From an uncultured Clostridia bacterium (GTDB lineage Bacteria; Bacillota; Clostridia; TANB77; CAG-508), in contig CAKPEG010000006.1 in the NCBI GenBank assembly GCA_934149275.1, positions 8,001-72,000 of the forward strand: a stretch of DNA of 64,000 nucleotides. Direction: 5' to 3'. Each line of letters starts with the position of its first letter. The first letter of the stretch is position 1. Of the stretch, positions 10,415-21,068 are shown piece after piece. Both the position numbers and the translations under genes were made by a program. The notes beneath the pieces were generated by a model. That model had not been told where the DNA came from. It did no database searches and saw only the letters and a program-made list of their open reading frames with translations.

Positions 10415-11953
10415 TTATTTTTCTATCAAGCTCTCTCCTGTCATTTCTTCTGGCTTTTCAATTTTCATTAAATCAAGCATTGTTGGAGCTAAATCAGCAA
10501 GTCTTCCTTCTTTTAATTTTAGATCTTTACCAACTAAAACTAATGGAACAGGATTTGTAGTATGAGCTGTATGTGGTTCGCCAGTTTTATAATCTATCAT
10601 TTGTTCACAATTTCCATGATCAGCTGTTATTAATAAAATTCCATGTTCCTCTTCAATTGCTTTAACAATTTTATCAACACAAATATCTAATGCTTCTAAT
10701 GCTTTAATTACAGCTTCAATATTTCCTGTATGTCCTACCATATCAGGGTTAGCAAAATTCAAAATAATGCTATCATATTTTCTTGAATGAATTGCATTAA
10801 GAACATTTTCTGTAACTTCAAAAGCACTCATTTCAGGCTTCATATCATATGTTTCAACTTTTGGTGATGGAATTAAAATTCTATCTTCGCCAGGATATTG
10901 TTTTTCTTGGCCACCATTAAAGAAAAATGTAACATGAGCATATTTTTCAGTTTCAGCAATACGAAGTTGTGTTAATCCTCTTTTACTAATTATTTCTCCA
11001 AAAGTATTTTTTATTTCATCTTTTTTGAATGCAACAGAAACATTAGTAATTGTTTCATCATAATTTGTAAATGTTACAAAATTTGTTTTGAAATATTTTC
11101 TTTCGAATCCATCAAAATTCTCATCAACTATAGCTCTTGTAATTTCTCTTGCTCTATCAGGTCTAAAGTTAAAGAAAATAACAGAATCATTTTCTTCAAT
11201 TTTAGCAACTGGTTTATCATTATTGCAAATAACTGTTGGAACAACAAATTCGTCAAATACTTCTTTTTGATATGAATTTTCAATTCCAGCAGCTGCTGAA
11301 ATTGCTTTTTCACCTTCACCTTTTACCATTGCATCATAAGCTTTTTCAATTCTATTCCATCTCTTATCTCTATCCATAGCATAGAATCTACCCATTATTG
11401 TGGCTATTTTTCCAACACCTTTTTCAGCCATTTTATTTTCTAGTTCAGCAATATATCCTTCAGCTGAAGCTGGCGGAGTATCTCTACCATCTAAGAAACA
11501 ATGAACATATACATCTTCAAAATCTTTTCTCTTAGCAAGTTCTAATAATGCAAATAAATGACGTTGATGACTATGAACACCACCATCTGAAAGCAATCCC
11601 ATAATATGCAATTTTGAGTGGTTCTTTTTGCAATTTTCAATTGCTGTTACCAATTCTGGTATACTAAAGAAATCTCCATCTTCAATTGATTTAGTAATTC
11701 TTGTTAATTCTTGATATACAATTCTACCAGCACCAATATTTGTATGTCCAACTTCTGAGTTTCCCATTTGTCCTTCAGGAAGTCCAACATCTAAACCACT
11801 TGTATGCAAAATTGTATTTGGATATTGTTTCAAAATTCTTTTAATGTTTGGAATATTAGCCATCTTAACAGCATTTCCTTCTTCTTTTTCATTAATTCCA
11901 AAACCATCCAATATCATAAGCATTGTAGTTTTTTTATCCATTTTCTTACCCAT
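10415..11953 (-). CDS. gpmI: 2,3-bisphosphoglycerate-independent phosphoglycerate mutase
   Basis: Motifs ILDGFG, GNSEVGH, SDGGVHSH and ADHGN. An alternative ATG start lies at 11941. Confidence 0.95.
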   Translation of the reverse strand: MGKKMDKKTTMLMILDGFGINEKEEGNAVKMANIPNIKRILKQYPNTILHTSGLDVGLPEGQMGNSEVGHTNIGAGRIVYQELTRITKSIEDGDFFSIPELVTAIENCKKNHSKLHIMGLLSDGGVHSHQRHLFALLELAKRKDFEDVYVHCFLDGRDTPPASAEGYIAELENKMAEKGVGKIATIMGRFYAMDRDKRWNRIEKAYDAMVKGEGEKAISAAAGIENSYQKEVFDEFVVPTVICNNDKPVAKIEENDSVIFFNFRPDRAREITRAIVDENFDGFERKYFKTNFVTFTNYDETITNVSVAFKKDEIKNTFGEIISKRGLTQLRIAETEKYAHVTFFFNGGQEKQYPGEDRILIPSPKVETYDMKPEMSAFEVTENVLNAIHSRKYDSIILNFANPDMVGHTGNIEAVIKALEALDICVDKIVKAIEEEHGILLITADHGNCEQMIDYKTGEPHTAHTTNPVPLVLVGKDLKLKEGRLADLAPTMLDLMKIEKPEEMTGESLIEK

Positions 11954-11959
11954 CCTCTA

Positions 11960-12712
11960 TTATTTATTATAATTAACTATTTTAGCAAATTCTTCTGGAA
12001 CTAAACTTGCTCCTCCAACTAGACCTCCGTCTATATCTGAAGTCTCAAATAATTCTTTAGCATTAGAAGACTTAACACTTCCGCCGTATTGAATAATAAC
12101 GTTCTCAGCAACTTCATCTCCATAAGTCTTTCTAATTTCAGCTCTTATAGCTTTAATTGAATTATTTGCATCTTCTGAAGTAGCTGTTTTTCCAGTACCT
12201 ATAGCCCAAATTGGCTCATAAGCAATAATAACATTTTTTACTTGTTCATTATTTAATCCATCTAATGCAAGTCTTGTTTGATTTGTTATAATCTCTTCTG
12301 TCATGCCATTTTCTCTTTGTTCCAATGTTTCACCAACACAAACTATTGGTTTTAAATCATTTTCAAAAGCTGCTTTTACTTTTTTATTAACTGATTCATC
12401 AGTCTCGTTAAAGTATTGTCTTCTTTCAGAATGTCCAATTATGACATACTCAACACCAATAACTTTTAACATTTTTCCAGAAACTTCTCCAGTAAAAGCA
12501 CCTTTTTCTGCATAATGCATATTTTGAGCACCAATTTTTATATTAGTATCTTGTGCATGCATTAAAGTATAAAACAAATCAGTATAAGGAACACATAGAA
12601 TAACTTCATTTTCTGTATCTTTAATCAACTTTGAAAATTCAGTTATATAATCCATAGCTTCGTTAGGAAGCATATTCATTTTCCAGTTTCCAGCAATAAC
12701 TTTTCTTCTCAT
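11960..12712 (-). CDS. tpiA: triose-phosphate isomerase
   Basis: Motifs AGNWKMN, IIGHSERR and AYEPIWAIGTG. Start chosen at MRRKV, preceded by AAAGGTGG with 7-nt spacing. The ORF track extends to 12736. Confidence 0.95.
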   Translation of the reverse strand: MRRKVIAGNWKMNMLPNEAMDYITEFSKLIKDTENEVILCVPYTDLFYTLMHAQDTNIKIGAQNMHYAEKGAFTGEVSGKMLKVIGVEYVIIGHSERRQYFNETDESVNKKVKAAFENDLKPIVCVGETLEQRENGMTEEIITNQTRLALDGLNNEQVKNVIIAYEPIWAIGTGKTATSEDANNSIKAIRAEIRKTYGDEVAENVIIQYGGSVKSSNAKELFETSDIDGGLVGGASLVPEEFAKIVNYNK

Positions 12713-12761
12713 ATCTTTGCCACCTTTCATTTGCAAAATAAAAATTTATCTTTATACAAAA

Positions 12762-13454
12762 TCATAAATATTGATAAGAAACTAATTTTCCTTCTTTATT
12801 AAAAACAAATTTAATTGTATTATCAACATTATCTTTTTGATATTTTCCTTCATATTTTGCACTTTCTATTACTGATATATCTTGATTATCTGTTATAAAA
12901 ATAGCATCAGCTGTAATTTCAACATTGCCACTTTCTTCATTTTTAGACATATCTACAGGATAATAATAAAGTGTTTTTGATATATTTTCTCCATATAAAA
13001 AAGCTTTATTTGCCTTAGAATAATATGAACTGTTAGATCCATCAACAGAACCTGCCTGTAATCCAAAATATTCTTCAATTATATTATTTACCATATCTTT
13101 AGAAACTAAATAAGACTCTTTTCCAGTTTTATCTTTTTTCTGTGTAAGTACAGTAGAATATCTTTCAACTGCAATATTTAATGCAAATCTAATCATTTCC
13201 TCATCTGAAAAATTTTTAAGTTCATTTGAAACAGGTAATCCAATCATTCCAACTAAATATTCATCATTTTTTGATAAAAATTTAACCTTTTCAACTTGTG
13301 AAATATTTCCCCTATTTCCATAATACTCTTCTACATTTGCACTTTCATTAGATTCTTGTGCTTCATTTCTCTTTTTTCCATTGTAAAATAAAATTCCTAC
13401 CACACTTGCTACAATTAATATAGCAATAACTAATCCAATTACTACTTTTTTCAT
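12762..13454 (-). CDS. N-terminally membrane-anchored hypothetical protein
   Basis: TM helix VVIGLVIAILIVASVVGILF. No recognisable domain. Sits between pgk and tpiA in the same orientation. Confidence 0.55.
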   Translation of the reverse strand: MKKVVIGLVIAILIVASVVGILFYNGKKRNEAQESNESANVEEYYGNRGNISQVEKVKFLSKNDEYLVGMIGLPVSNELKNFSDEEMIRFALNIAVERYSTVLTQKKDKTGKESYLVSKDMVNNIIEEYFGLQAGSVDGSNSSYYSKANKAFLYGENISKTLYYYPVDMSKNEESGNVEITADAIFITDNQDISVIESAKYEGKYQKDNVDNTIKFVFNKEGKLVSYQYL

Positions 13455-13471
13455 ATAAAATTCTCTTTCTA

Positions 13472-14668
13472 TTATTTATCTTGTAATGCTTCTATTCCTG
13501 GTAATTTTTTACCTTCTAAAAATTCAAGAGAAGCTCCACCACCAGTAGAAATATGTGTGAATTTTTCAGCCAATCCAGCTTTTTCAACAGCAGCTGCTGA
13601 ATCTCCACCACCTATGATTTTAACAGCATCAATATCAGCTAATGCCTTAGCAATAGAATTAGTTCCTACCGCAAATTGATCAAATTCGAATAATCCAACT
13701 GGTCCATTCCAAATAACAGTTTTAGCTTTTTTTAGTTCTTCACTATACATAGCTATTGTTTCAGGTCCTATATCATAACCTTCCCAACCATCCGGAATTT
13801 CAGTATATTTTACAATTTTGCTCTCTGTGTTAGGATCAAATTCTTTACCAACTTTAGTATCAACTGGTAACATTAATTTTACTCCTTTAGCTTTAGCTTT
13901 TTCCATAAGTTCTTTAGCTAAATCTAATTTATCTAATTCACAAATTGAATTTCCAACATTATATCCCATTGATTTAAAGAATGTGTATGCCATAGCACCA
14001 CCAATCATTAATACATCAACTTTTTCAAGTAATGCTTCAATTACACCAATTTTATCTGAAACTTTCTTTCCGCCTAAAATTGCCATAAATGGTCTTTCTG
14101 GATTCTCTAAAGCATCACCTAAAAATTTTAATTCCTTCTCGATTAAAAATCCTGATACAGCTGGTAAATAATCAGCAACACCAGTTGTTGAACTATGAGC
14201 TCTATGAGCTGTACCAAAAGCATCATTTACAAATACTTCTGCCAAACTTGCAAATTTCTTAGATAATTCAGAATCATTTTTTTCTTCTCCTGGTTCAAAT
14301 CTAACATTTTCAAGTAAAACAATCTCACCATTTTTCATTTCTGAAGTTAATTTTTGAGCTGATTCACCAACAACATCAGAAGCTAATTTTACTTCTTTAC
14401 CTAATAATCTAGATAATTCTTTAGCAACTATATCAAGTGAAAATTCAGGTTTTACTTCTCCCTTTGGTCTTCCTAAGTGAGAACATAAAATAATTTTACA
14501 ATCATTTTCTAGTAAATATTTTATAGTAGGTAATGCTGCTACAATTCTTCTATTATCTGTAATTACTCTATTTGAATCATATGGAACATTAAAATCACAT
14601 CTAACTAAAACTTTTTTACCTTTAATATCTATGTCTCTAACAGTTTTTTTATTCATTCTTGTTTTCAT
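13472..14668 (-). CDS. pgk: phosphoglycerate kinase
   Basis: Motifs [23 protein letters not shown] and STGGGASLE. An alternative start lies at 14656. Confidence 0.95.
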   Translation of the reverse strand: MKTRMNKKTVRDIDIKGKKVLVRCDFNVPYDSNRVITDNRRIVAALPTIKYLLENDCKIILCSHLGRPKGEVKPEFSLDIVAKELSRLLGKEVKLASDVVGESAQKLTSEMKNGEIVLLENVRFEPGEEKNDSELSKKFASLAEVFVNDAFGTAHRAHSSTTGVADYLPAVSGFLIEKELKFLGDALENPERPFMAILGGKKVSDKIGVIEALLEKVDVLMIGGAMAYTFFKSMGYNVGNSICELDKLDLAKELMEKAKAKGVKLMLPVDTKVGKEFDPNTESKIVKYTEIPDGWEGYDIGPETIAMYSEELKKAKTVIWNGPVGLFEFDQFAVGTNSIAKALADIDAVKIIGGGDSAAAVEKAGLAEKFTHISTGGGASLEFLEGKKLPGIEALQDK

Positions 14669-14700
14669 TCCCTTCTAAATATATATGTCTAATATTTTCT

Positions 14701-14726
14701 TATAGGGACCTCAAGCGGTCCCTATA
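14701..14726 (-). other. intercistronic stem-loop between gap and pgk
   Basis: Perfect 10-bp stem tatagggacc/ggtccctata with a 6-nt loop and no T-run. Confidence 0.6.
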
Positions 14727-14757
14727 AACATAAACTTTATTAATAAATATTTTCTAA

Positions 14758-15777
14758 TTATTCACCTAATTCAGCAAAATATTTAATTGTTCTTACCATT
14801 TGGCTTGTGTAAGAGTTTTCATTATCATACCAAGCAACAACTTGAACTTGATATAAACCATCTTCAACTTTTGTAACCATTGTTTGAGTTGCATCAAATA
14901 ATGATCCATAAGTAATTCCTATAATATCTGAAGAAACTAATGGTTCTTCTGTGTATCCATAAGATGCACTTGAAGCAGCTTTCATTGCTGCATTTATACT
15001 CTCTGGAGTTATATCATTTCCTCTAACAGTTGCTATTAATATAGTTGTAGAACCTGTTGGAACTGGAACTCTTTGAGCAGAACCAATTAATTTTCCGTTT
15101 AATTCTGGAATAACTAATCCTATAGCTTTTGCTGCACCTGTTGAGTTAGGAACAATATTTACAGCAGCTGCTCTAGCTCTTCTTAAATCACCTTTTCTAT
15201 GTGGTCCATCTAATACCATTTGATCACCAGTATAAGCATGAACTGTTGTCATGATACCTGTTTGAATTGGTGCATAATCATTTAATGCTTTAGCCATTGG
15301 AGCTAAGCAGTTTGTTGTACAAGAAGCAGCCGAAATAATTTTATCATCTGCTGTTAATGTACCTTCATTAACACCATATACTATAGTTGGTAAATCTTTA
15401 CCAGCTGGTGCAGAAATAACAACTTTTTTAGCACCTGCAGCTATATGAGCTGAAGCTTTTTCTTTAGATGTATAGAAACCTGTACACTCTAAAACAACAT
15501 CAACTCCAATTTCACCCCAAGGTAAATTTGCTGCATCTTTCTCTGCATATATTTTTATTGTTTTTCCATCAACAGTAATAGAATCTTCTCCTGCTACTAC
15601 TGTATCTGCTTTATCATATCTTTTTTGAGCAGAATCATATTTTAATAAATGAGCTAACATAACTGGACTTGTTAAATCGTTAATAGCAACGATTTCATAT
15701 CCCTCCGCTCCAAACATTTGTCTAAATGCAAGACGTCCTATACGGCCGAATCCATTAATAGCTACTTTAACTGACAT
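14758..15777 (-). CDS. gap: type I glyceraldehyde-3-phosphate dehydrogenase
   Basis: Motifs [16 protein letters not shown] and WYDNE. RBS AGGAGG. Confidence 0.95.
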   Translation of the reverse strand: MSVKVAINGFGRIGRLAFRQMFGAEGYEIVAINDLTSPVMLAHLLKYDSAQKRYDKADTVVAGEDSITVDGKTIKIYAEKDAANLPWGEIGVDVVLECTGFYTSKEKASAHIAAGAKKVVISAPAGKDLPTIVYGVNEGTLTADDKIISAASCTTNCLAPMAKALNDYAPIQTGIMTTVHAYTGDQMVLDGPHRKGDLRRARAAAVNIVPNSTGAAKAIGLVIPELNGKLIGSAQRVPVPTGSTTILIATVRGNDITPESINAAMKAASSASYGYTEEPLVSSDIIGITYGSLFDATQTMVTKVEDGLYQVQVVAWYDNENSYTSQMVRTIKYFAELGE

Positions 15778-15908
15778 ATAAAATCCTCCTTTGATTTACA
15801 ATCACTTTATTTGGTTATATTTAACCATGCCTATTCTATAACAAATCAACTTCAATTGCAATAGTTTATTGTATTTTTCCCACTTCTGTAAAATTTAAAC
15901 ATACGCAA

Positions 15909-16040
15909 TGTCATGGGGACGTTCTTTTTGACACACACCTCAACTCCAGCATTAATCGCAAGTTGTCACAGGGACTTTTCTCTTGACAACCAATTAGCTC
16001 TAATAAATAACTTTGTGTCAAAAAAAACGTCCCCATGACA
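15909..16040. repeat. Family C inverted-repeat element, copy C1
   Basis: Arms tgtcatggggacgttctttttgacac and gtgtcaaaaaaaacgtccccatgaca differ by 1 mismatch. A third related internal copy reads cacagggacttttctcttgacaac. Confidence 0.8.
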
Positions 16041-16042
16041 AC

Positions 16043-16075
16043 AAAAAACTCAAAGCTTCTAACTTTGAGTTTTTC
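16043..16075 (-). terminator. Rho-independent terminator of the ABC transporter gene
   Basis: Stem aaaactcaaag/ctttgagtttt with a T-run on the minus strand. Confidence 0.7.
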
Positions 16076-16079
16076 ATTT

Positions 16080-18665
16080 TTATTCAGTTCTAAGAGCCTC
16101 AACTGGATCTTTCTTACTAGCCATTTTAGCAGGAATTAATCCAGCAATTATAGTAAGAATCATACTTATTAAAATTAATATAACAGCTCCCCCAACAGGC
16201 AATTTAGAAAGATTTGAAACATCCGCAACATTTTTAATAATTGCATTAATAGGAATATTCAACAACACCGTTATACCAATTCCAAGCACACCAGCAACTA
16301 AACCAACTATAAAAGTCTCAGCATTAAATACTCTTGAAATATCCTTCTTAGAAGCACCAATACTACGCAAAATACCAATCTCTTTAATTCTCTCAAGCAC
16401 TGAAATGTACGTAATTATACCGATCATAATTGATGAAACTACAAGTGAAATTGAAACAAACGCAATAAGCACATAACTAATCATATTAACAATAACAGTA
16501 ACAGAAGACATCATCGTAGCAACCATATCTGTATACTGAATTACATCATCCTCTTTACCTTCATTTTTCTTATCTTCATTATATTTATCAATTGCAGATA
16601 TAATCTTATCTTTACTATCAAAATCAATTGGATAAATACTAATTGCAGCAGGTGAATCTAAATCACAAATTCCAAGTTCTTTTATATTCTCATCATAAGT
16701 TGCACTAGCCTTTTCAGAATAAGAAGCAATCACACCAGCAAGCTCCTCTTGAGAAAGTCCAGCCATATAAGCCTGTTCATCAGCAGACAACTTAGAATAA
16801 TCAAATCCACTCATACCAGAAGAAACCTCACTAGAAAACTCATTTCCGGTAAACACATTAATATTCTGGTTCTCTTTTTGAGCCTTAGCAATTTCAGAAT
16901 CATTAATAGAATTAATTAAATACTCTGTAAGTTCCTTCTTATAACCAATAATACCCATATCCCCCATTGACGTTGCAATAACCTCAGCTTTAGGTCTAAT
17001 AACACCAACAATCTTAAGTTCCTGAGCATTAGCCAATTTTTCTTTTAAATAACTCTCATCACTCTTCTTGCTAATCCATGAACTTCCTTTTTTAACATAA
17101 AAATCAGTATTCAACAAAATCTTATACTTCAATCCAAGGAAATCATCATAAGAATAAACATCATCCTCTAACTCAGCCAAAGATTCGCCAGCCATTACCT
17201 TACGCATCTTTTCAGTAATTTCAGACTGATTCTTAATTCCTAAAGAATACAAAGAATAATCACTAATCTCATTATTCTCATTAATAATCAACACAACCTC
17301 ATCATAACTATCAGCCCATTTACCAGCAACAACATCATATTGAGACTCAAGCAAATCTTGATTATCAAGCATCTCAGTCCAAACATCAGATGAACTTCCC
17401 ATAAAATAAGTAGACTGATCAGAAGACTCAGCCATTCCAAGTTTCTCAAAAGTAGTAGAAGGGTTAACCTGAACCACACCATTCTCAGTATCAGCTTTAT
17501 AAATAAAAGGAGTAACATTATAAGAATACTGAACCGCATTAGAATACTTTTTAATATCATTATCAGTACCCTCAATATATTTCTTAAACTCAGTCAAATT
17601 ATTTCTCTGAACATTCTTAGAAATCTTATCAAAAATCTTACCAATCAACTGCCTAGAATGAACCTTACCATCATCATGCTTGTTATCCTCTTGATTCATA
17701 AAAATTTCAAGCATTGAACCAGCATCAACGCTCTCTTCTTGAATCGTCAACGGATAATTAGAAAGCGTATCCTCCTGAACCTTTGCAATATATTTATCAA
17801 CACCATTAGATAAAGACAAAATAAGTGCAATACCAATAATACCAATACTACCAGCAAATGCCGTAAGAAAAGTTCTTCCCTTCTTTGTCATCAAATTATT
17901 CAAACTCAAAGAAAGTGCCGTAAAGAAATTCATAGAAGTCTTACCAGACTTAGCTTTAAGCTCACACTCGCTAGCCCTATCAGTCTCAGTATATGGATTA
18001 GAATCACTAATAATCTTTCCATCCAATGCCTTAACAACTCTAGAAGAATACTTCTCAGCCAACTCAGGATTATGAGTAACCATTACAATTAACTTATCTT
18101 TTGAAATCTCCTTCAAAATCTCCATAATCTGAATACTAGTATCAGTATCCAAAGCACCAGTTGGTTCATCAGCCAAAATAATATCAGGATCATTAACCAA
18201 AGCCCTAGCAATCGCAACCCTTTGCATCTGCCCACCAGACAACTGATTAGGTCTTTTATGAATCTGCTCACTCAAACCAACATCCTTTAAAGCCTTAATT
18301 GCCTTCTCTCTTCTAACCTTCTTATTAACACCAGACAAAGTAAGCGCCAACTCGACATTAGCCAAAACACTTTGATGAGGAATCAAATTATAATTTTGAA
18401 AAACAAAACCAACAGAATAATTCCTATAAGCATCCCAATCTCTATCCTTAAACATCTTAGTAGACTTACCATTAATAATCAAATCACCAGCAGAATACCT
18501 ATCTAAACCACCAATAATATTAAGTAAAGTCGTCTTACCACAACCACTTGGACCAAGGATAGAAACAAACTCACTCTTTCTAAACTCAATATCAATTTCC
18601 TTAAGCGCATGAACCGTCTGATCACCAGACAAATAATCCTTAGTAACACCCTTTAACTGTAACAT
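16080..18665 (-). CDS. MacB-type ABC transporter, fused ATP-binding and FtsX-family permease protein
   Basis: Walker [10 protein letters not shown], signature LSGGQ, Walker B ILADEPT. A large extracytoplasmic domain is followed by C-terminal FtsX-type TM helices. Start set at MLQLKGV with RBS GGGAGAG, because the ORF-track N-terminus (to 18749) runs into repeat C2. Confidence 0.85.
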   Translation of the reverse strand: MLQLKGVTKDYLSGDQTVHALKEIDIEFRKSEFVSILGPSGCGKTTLLNIIGGLDRYSAGDLIINGKSTKMFKDRDWDAYRNYSVGFVFQNYNLIPHQSVLANVELALTLSGVNKKVRREKAIKALKDVGLSEQIHKRPNQLSGGQMQRVAIARALVNDPDIILADEPTGALDTDTSIQIMEILKEISKDKLIVMVTHNPELAEKYSSRVVKALDGKIISDSNPYTETDRASECELKAKSGKTSMNFFTALSLSLNNLMTKKGRTFLTAFAGSIGIIGIALILSLSNGVDKYIAKVQEDTLSNYPLTIQEESVDAGSMLEIFMNQEDNKHDDGKVHSRQLIGKIFDKISKNVQRNNLTEFKKYIEGTDNDIKKYSNAVQYSYNVTPFIYKADTENGVVQVNPSTTFEKLGMAESSDQSTYFMGSSSDVWTEMLDNQDLLESQYDVVAGKWADSYDEVVLIINENNEISDYSLYSLGIKNQSEITEKMRKVMAGESLAELEDDVYSYDDFLGLKYKILLNTDFYVKKGSSWISKKSDESYLKEKLANAQELKIVGVIRPKAEVIATSMGDMGIIGYKKELTEYLINSINDSEIAKAQKENQNINVFTGNEFSSEVSSGMSGFDYSKLSADEQAYMAGLSQEELAGVIASYSEKASATYDENIKELGICDLDSPAAISIYPIDFDSKDKIISAIDKYNEDKKNEGKEDDVIQYTDMVATMMSSVTVIVNMISYVLIAFVSISLVVSSIMIGIITYISVLERIKEIGILRSIGASKKDISRVFNAETFIVGLVAGVLGIGITVLLNIPINAIIKNVADVSNLSKLPVGGAVILILISMILTIIAGLIPAKMASKKDPVEALRTE

Positions 18666-18743
18666 ACTCTCTCCCTTCAAAAATACGTTTTCCAAATTAT
18701 ATATTATTCCAAAAACAATATCAATATTCACACACGCAATAAG

Positions 18744-18851
18744 TGTCATTTGGATGTTCTTTTTGACACATACTCAATTATTAGTGTTAATTTAGGTGTC
18801 AAAAGAAACATCCCCATAGCAACCAATATCAAGAGAAACGTCCCCATAACA
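18744..18851. repeat. Family C inverted-repeat element, copy C2
   Basis: Arms tgtcatttggatgttctttttgacac and gtgtcaaaagaaacatccccatagca, plus a third half-copy atcaagagaaacgtccccataaca. Confidence 0.75.
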
Positions 18852-18901
18852 ACCTCCTCTACGGACTTTCACCAATTAGTCAAACGACATGCCTGTCGCA
18901 C

Positions 18902-18950
18902 AAAAAAAGACTGTTGAACAAAATATTCTTAGATACTTTGTCAACAGTCT
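18902..18950 (-). terminator. Rho-independent terminator (family D sequence)
   Basis: Stem agactgttga/tcaacagtct with a T-run on the minus strand. A related sequence occurs at 34503..34540. Confidence 0.65.
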
Positions 18951-18985
18951 GATACGTATAAAATACGTCTCTTTAAGATTCATTA

Positions 18986-19447
18986 CTATTTATTATTTTT
19001 TAAAGATCTTTTAAATCCTTTAAAAGAAACTTCTTGGAATAAGAAATCATGAACTTCATTTAATACTTTTTCTTCTTTTGGAGATAATTCAATTCTTATT
19101 TCTTGTTTTAAATCAATTTCTTGGAATAAGAATGATTTTATTCTTGACCAAAATCCTGCTTTTACAGGTAATTTTTTAGAATCATATTCATCTGTTGTTG
19201 AAATGCTCTCATATCCAACGCCTTGTGCTTGATTTGTTTGATTAGAAACAAATCCACCTACATAAGAACCTGCGTTTTGTTCTTCTGTATTTCCGTTTGT
19301 TCCAAAGAAACCTCCTACATATCCTGTTGGTTGTTGAATAGCACCAACATATGAATCAGCTTTCTCTTGTGGCATTCCATCAATAAAAATGCTTCCAGCA
19401 TTTTCTTGAACCTTTTCTTCTTCATTTCTAAAATTTATATTTCCCAT
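18986..19447 (-). CDS. hypothetical protein with short internal repeats
   Basis: 153-aa ORF with RBS AGGAGG. Repeated [SG]YVGG[AF] and FLFQE[IV] motifs. Confidence 0.5.
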   Translation of the reverse strand: MGNINFRNEEEKVQENAGSIFIDGMPQEKADSYVGAIQQPTGYVGGFFGTNGNTEEQNAGSYVGGFVSNQTNQAQGVGYESISTTDEYDSKKLPVKAGFWSRIKSFLFQEIDLKQEIRIELSPKEEKVLNEVHDFLFQEVSFKGFKRSLKNNK

Positions 19448-19555
19448 TTCATTCCTCCTTAGTAAAACTTCACCACTTATGATAAGTTATACTATATCCA
19501 AACAAAATATTCAATACAATTTCTTTTTCATTTCAATTACTCTTTTGTTACATTT

Positions 19556-20863
19556 TTATTTCATTTTCTTTCCTATTAGACAATCGCCACCATTTTTCTC
19601 AGCAATAACATCAACAAAATTCTCTAAATCACTTTCATCTCCGACAGTTTTCACAACTATATAATTTCCTGTATGTCCCTTAATATAATCGCCATCTTTT
19701 TCTTCCATCAATACTCTAACTTTTTTTCCGATATACTCATTCAAATAATCACATTCATTCTCATTTGATAATTGTAACAATCTTTTGCTTCTTACATCTT
19801 TTATCTCAGCAGGTATTTGATTTTTCATCTTAGCAGCAACTGTACCTTTTCTAGGTGAATACTTAAATACATGCATTTTATAAAACTTTATTTCTTTTAA
19901 AAATTCATACGTCTTCTCAAAATCTTCGTCAGTTTCATTTGGAAATCCTACAATTATATCAGTTGTTAAAATAACGTCATCATATAAATTTCTTAATCTT
20001 CTTACAACATCTCTAAATTGATCAGTTGTATATTTTCTGTTCATTTCTTTCAAAGTTTTATCACATCCGCTTTGAAGTGATAAATGAAAATGATGACATA
20101 ACTTCTCTATTTTTTTAGCTCTATTACAAAACTCATCTGTTATCATAAGAGGCTCTATAGATCCTAATCTAATTCTCTTAATTCCATCTATCTTATTAAT
20201 TTCTTCAAGTAAATCAATTAATCTGTATTCATTATCAAAATCTTTTCCATAAGCTGAAACCTGTATTCCAGTAATAACAACCTCTTTAATACCTTCATCT
20301 GCAATCTTAGTAATCTCATCAATTACACTCTCAGGTTTTCTACTGCAAATTCTTCCTCTAGCATATGGAATTATGCAATATGTACAAAAATTATTGCATC
20401 CATCTTGAACCTTTATAACAGCTCTTGTTTTTTCAGTATATGTTATTGAACCAAAATCATAAAAATAATTTTCAATTGCAGTATCATCAATATTTTTCCC
20501 ATCAAAATACGCTTCTATATATTTATCAATATTTGCCTTTTGATGATTTCCAAGAACCAAATCAACCTCATCAATTTTTTCAATTTCTTCTTTTGCTACT
20601 TCAGCATAGCAACCAACAACAATAACAAATGCATCTTTATTCATTTCTTTAGCACGTCTAATCATTTGTCTAGATTTTCTATCTGACATATTTGTTACAC
20701 TACAAGTATTAATAATATAAATATCAGCTTTTTCTTCCGGTTCAACTACTTCATATTTATCCATTAATTTCTGAGCCATACCATTTGTTTCATATTGATT
20801 AACTTTACAACCTAATGTAAAAAAAGCAACTTTTTTCTTATTTTTCTCCATATACTTCTCCAT
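19556..20863 (-). CDS. mtaB: tRNA threonylcarbamoyladenosine methylthiotransferase (MiaB-like radical SAM), MtaB type
   Basis: N-terminal FTLGCKVNQYE, radical SAM motif CNNFCTYCIIP and a C-terminal TRAM-like region. An alternative start lies at 20851. Confidence 0.8.
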   Translation of the reverse strand: MEKYMEKNKKKVAFFTLGCKVNQYETNGMAQKLMDKYEVVEPEEKADIYIINTCSVTNMSDRKSRQMIRRAKEMNKDAFVIVVGCYAEVAKEEIEKIDEVDLVLGNHQKANIDKYIEAYFDGKNIDDTAIENYFYDFGSITYTEKTRAVIKVQDGCNNFCTYCIIPYARGRICSRKPESVIDEITKIADEGIKEVVITGIQVSAYGKDFDNEYRLIDLLEEINKIDGIKRIRLGSIEPLMITDEFCNRAKKIEKLCHHFHLSLQSGCDKTLKEMNRKYTTDQFRDVVRRLRNLYDDVILTTDIIVGFPNETDEDFEKTYEFLKEIKFYKMHVFKYSPRKGTVAAKMKNQIPAEIKDVRSKRLLQLSNENECDYLNEYIGKKVRVLMEEKDGDYIKGHTGNYIVVKTVGDESDLENFVDVIAEKNGGDCLIGKKMK

Positions 20864-21068
20864 ATTCTAAAAACTATCAATTATATTTAAGTTCTTCATA
20901 AAATAGCAAAATAAAAGAGGTCTTCAATAATATTTTCAATTATTCTATTTTCAAATCCACATCTTTTCTTGCATATGATATTTCAAAAAAATCTTCTATT
21001 TTTTATTACATAAATAAACTCAAATCATCAAACAGCAGTCCAATAACTTGAGTTTATTTTAACACATA

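Noticed and set aside
15911-16102. Tracked 63-aa ORF, and the N-terminal 28 codons of ORF 16080..18749
   Set aside because: Both are translations of Family C repeat arms. The real transporter start, with an RBS, is at 18665.
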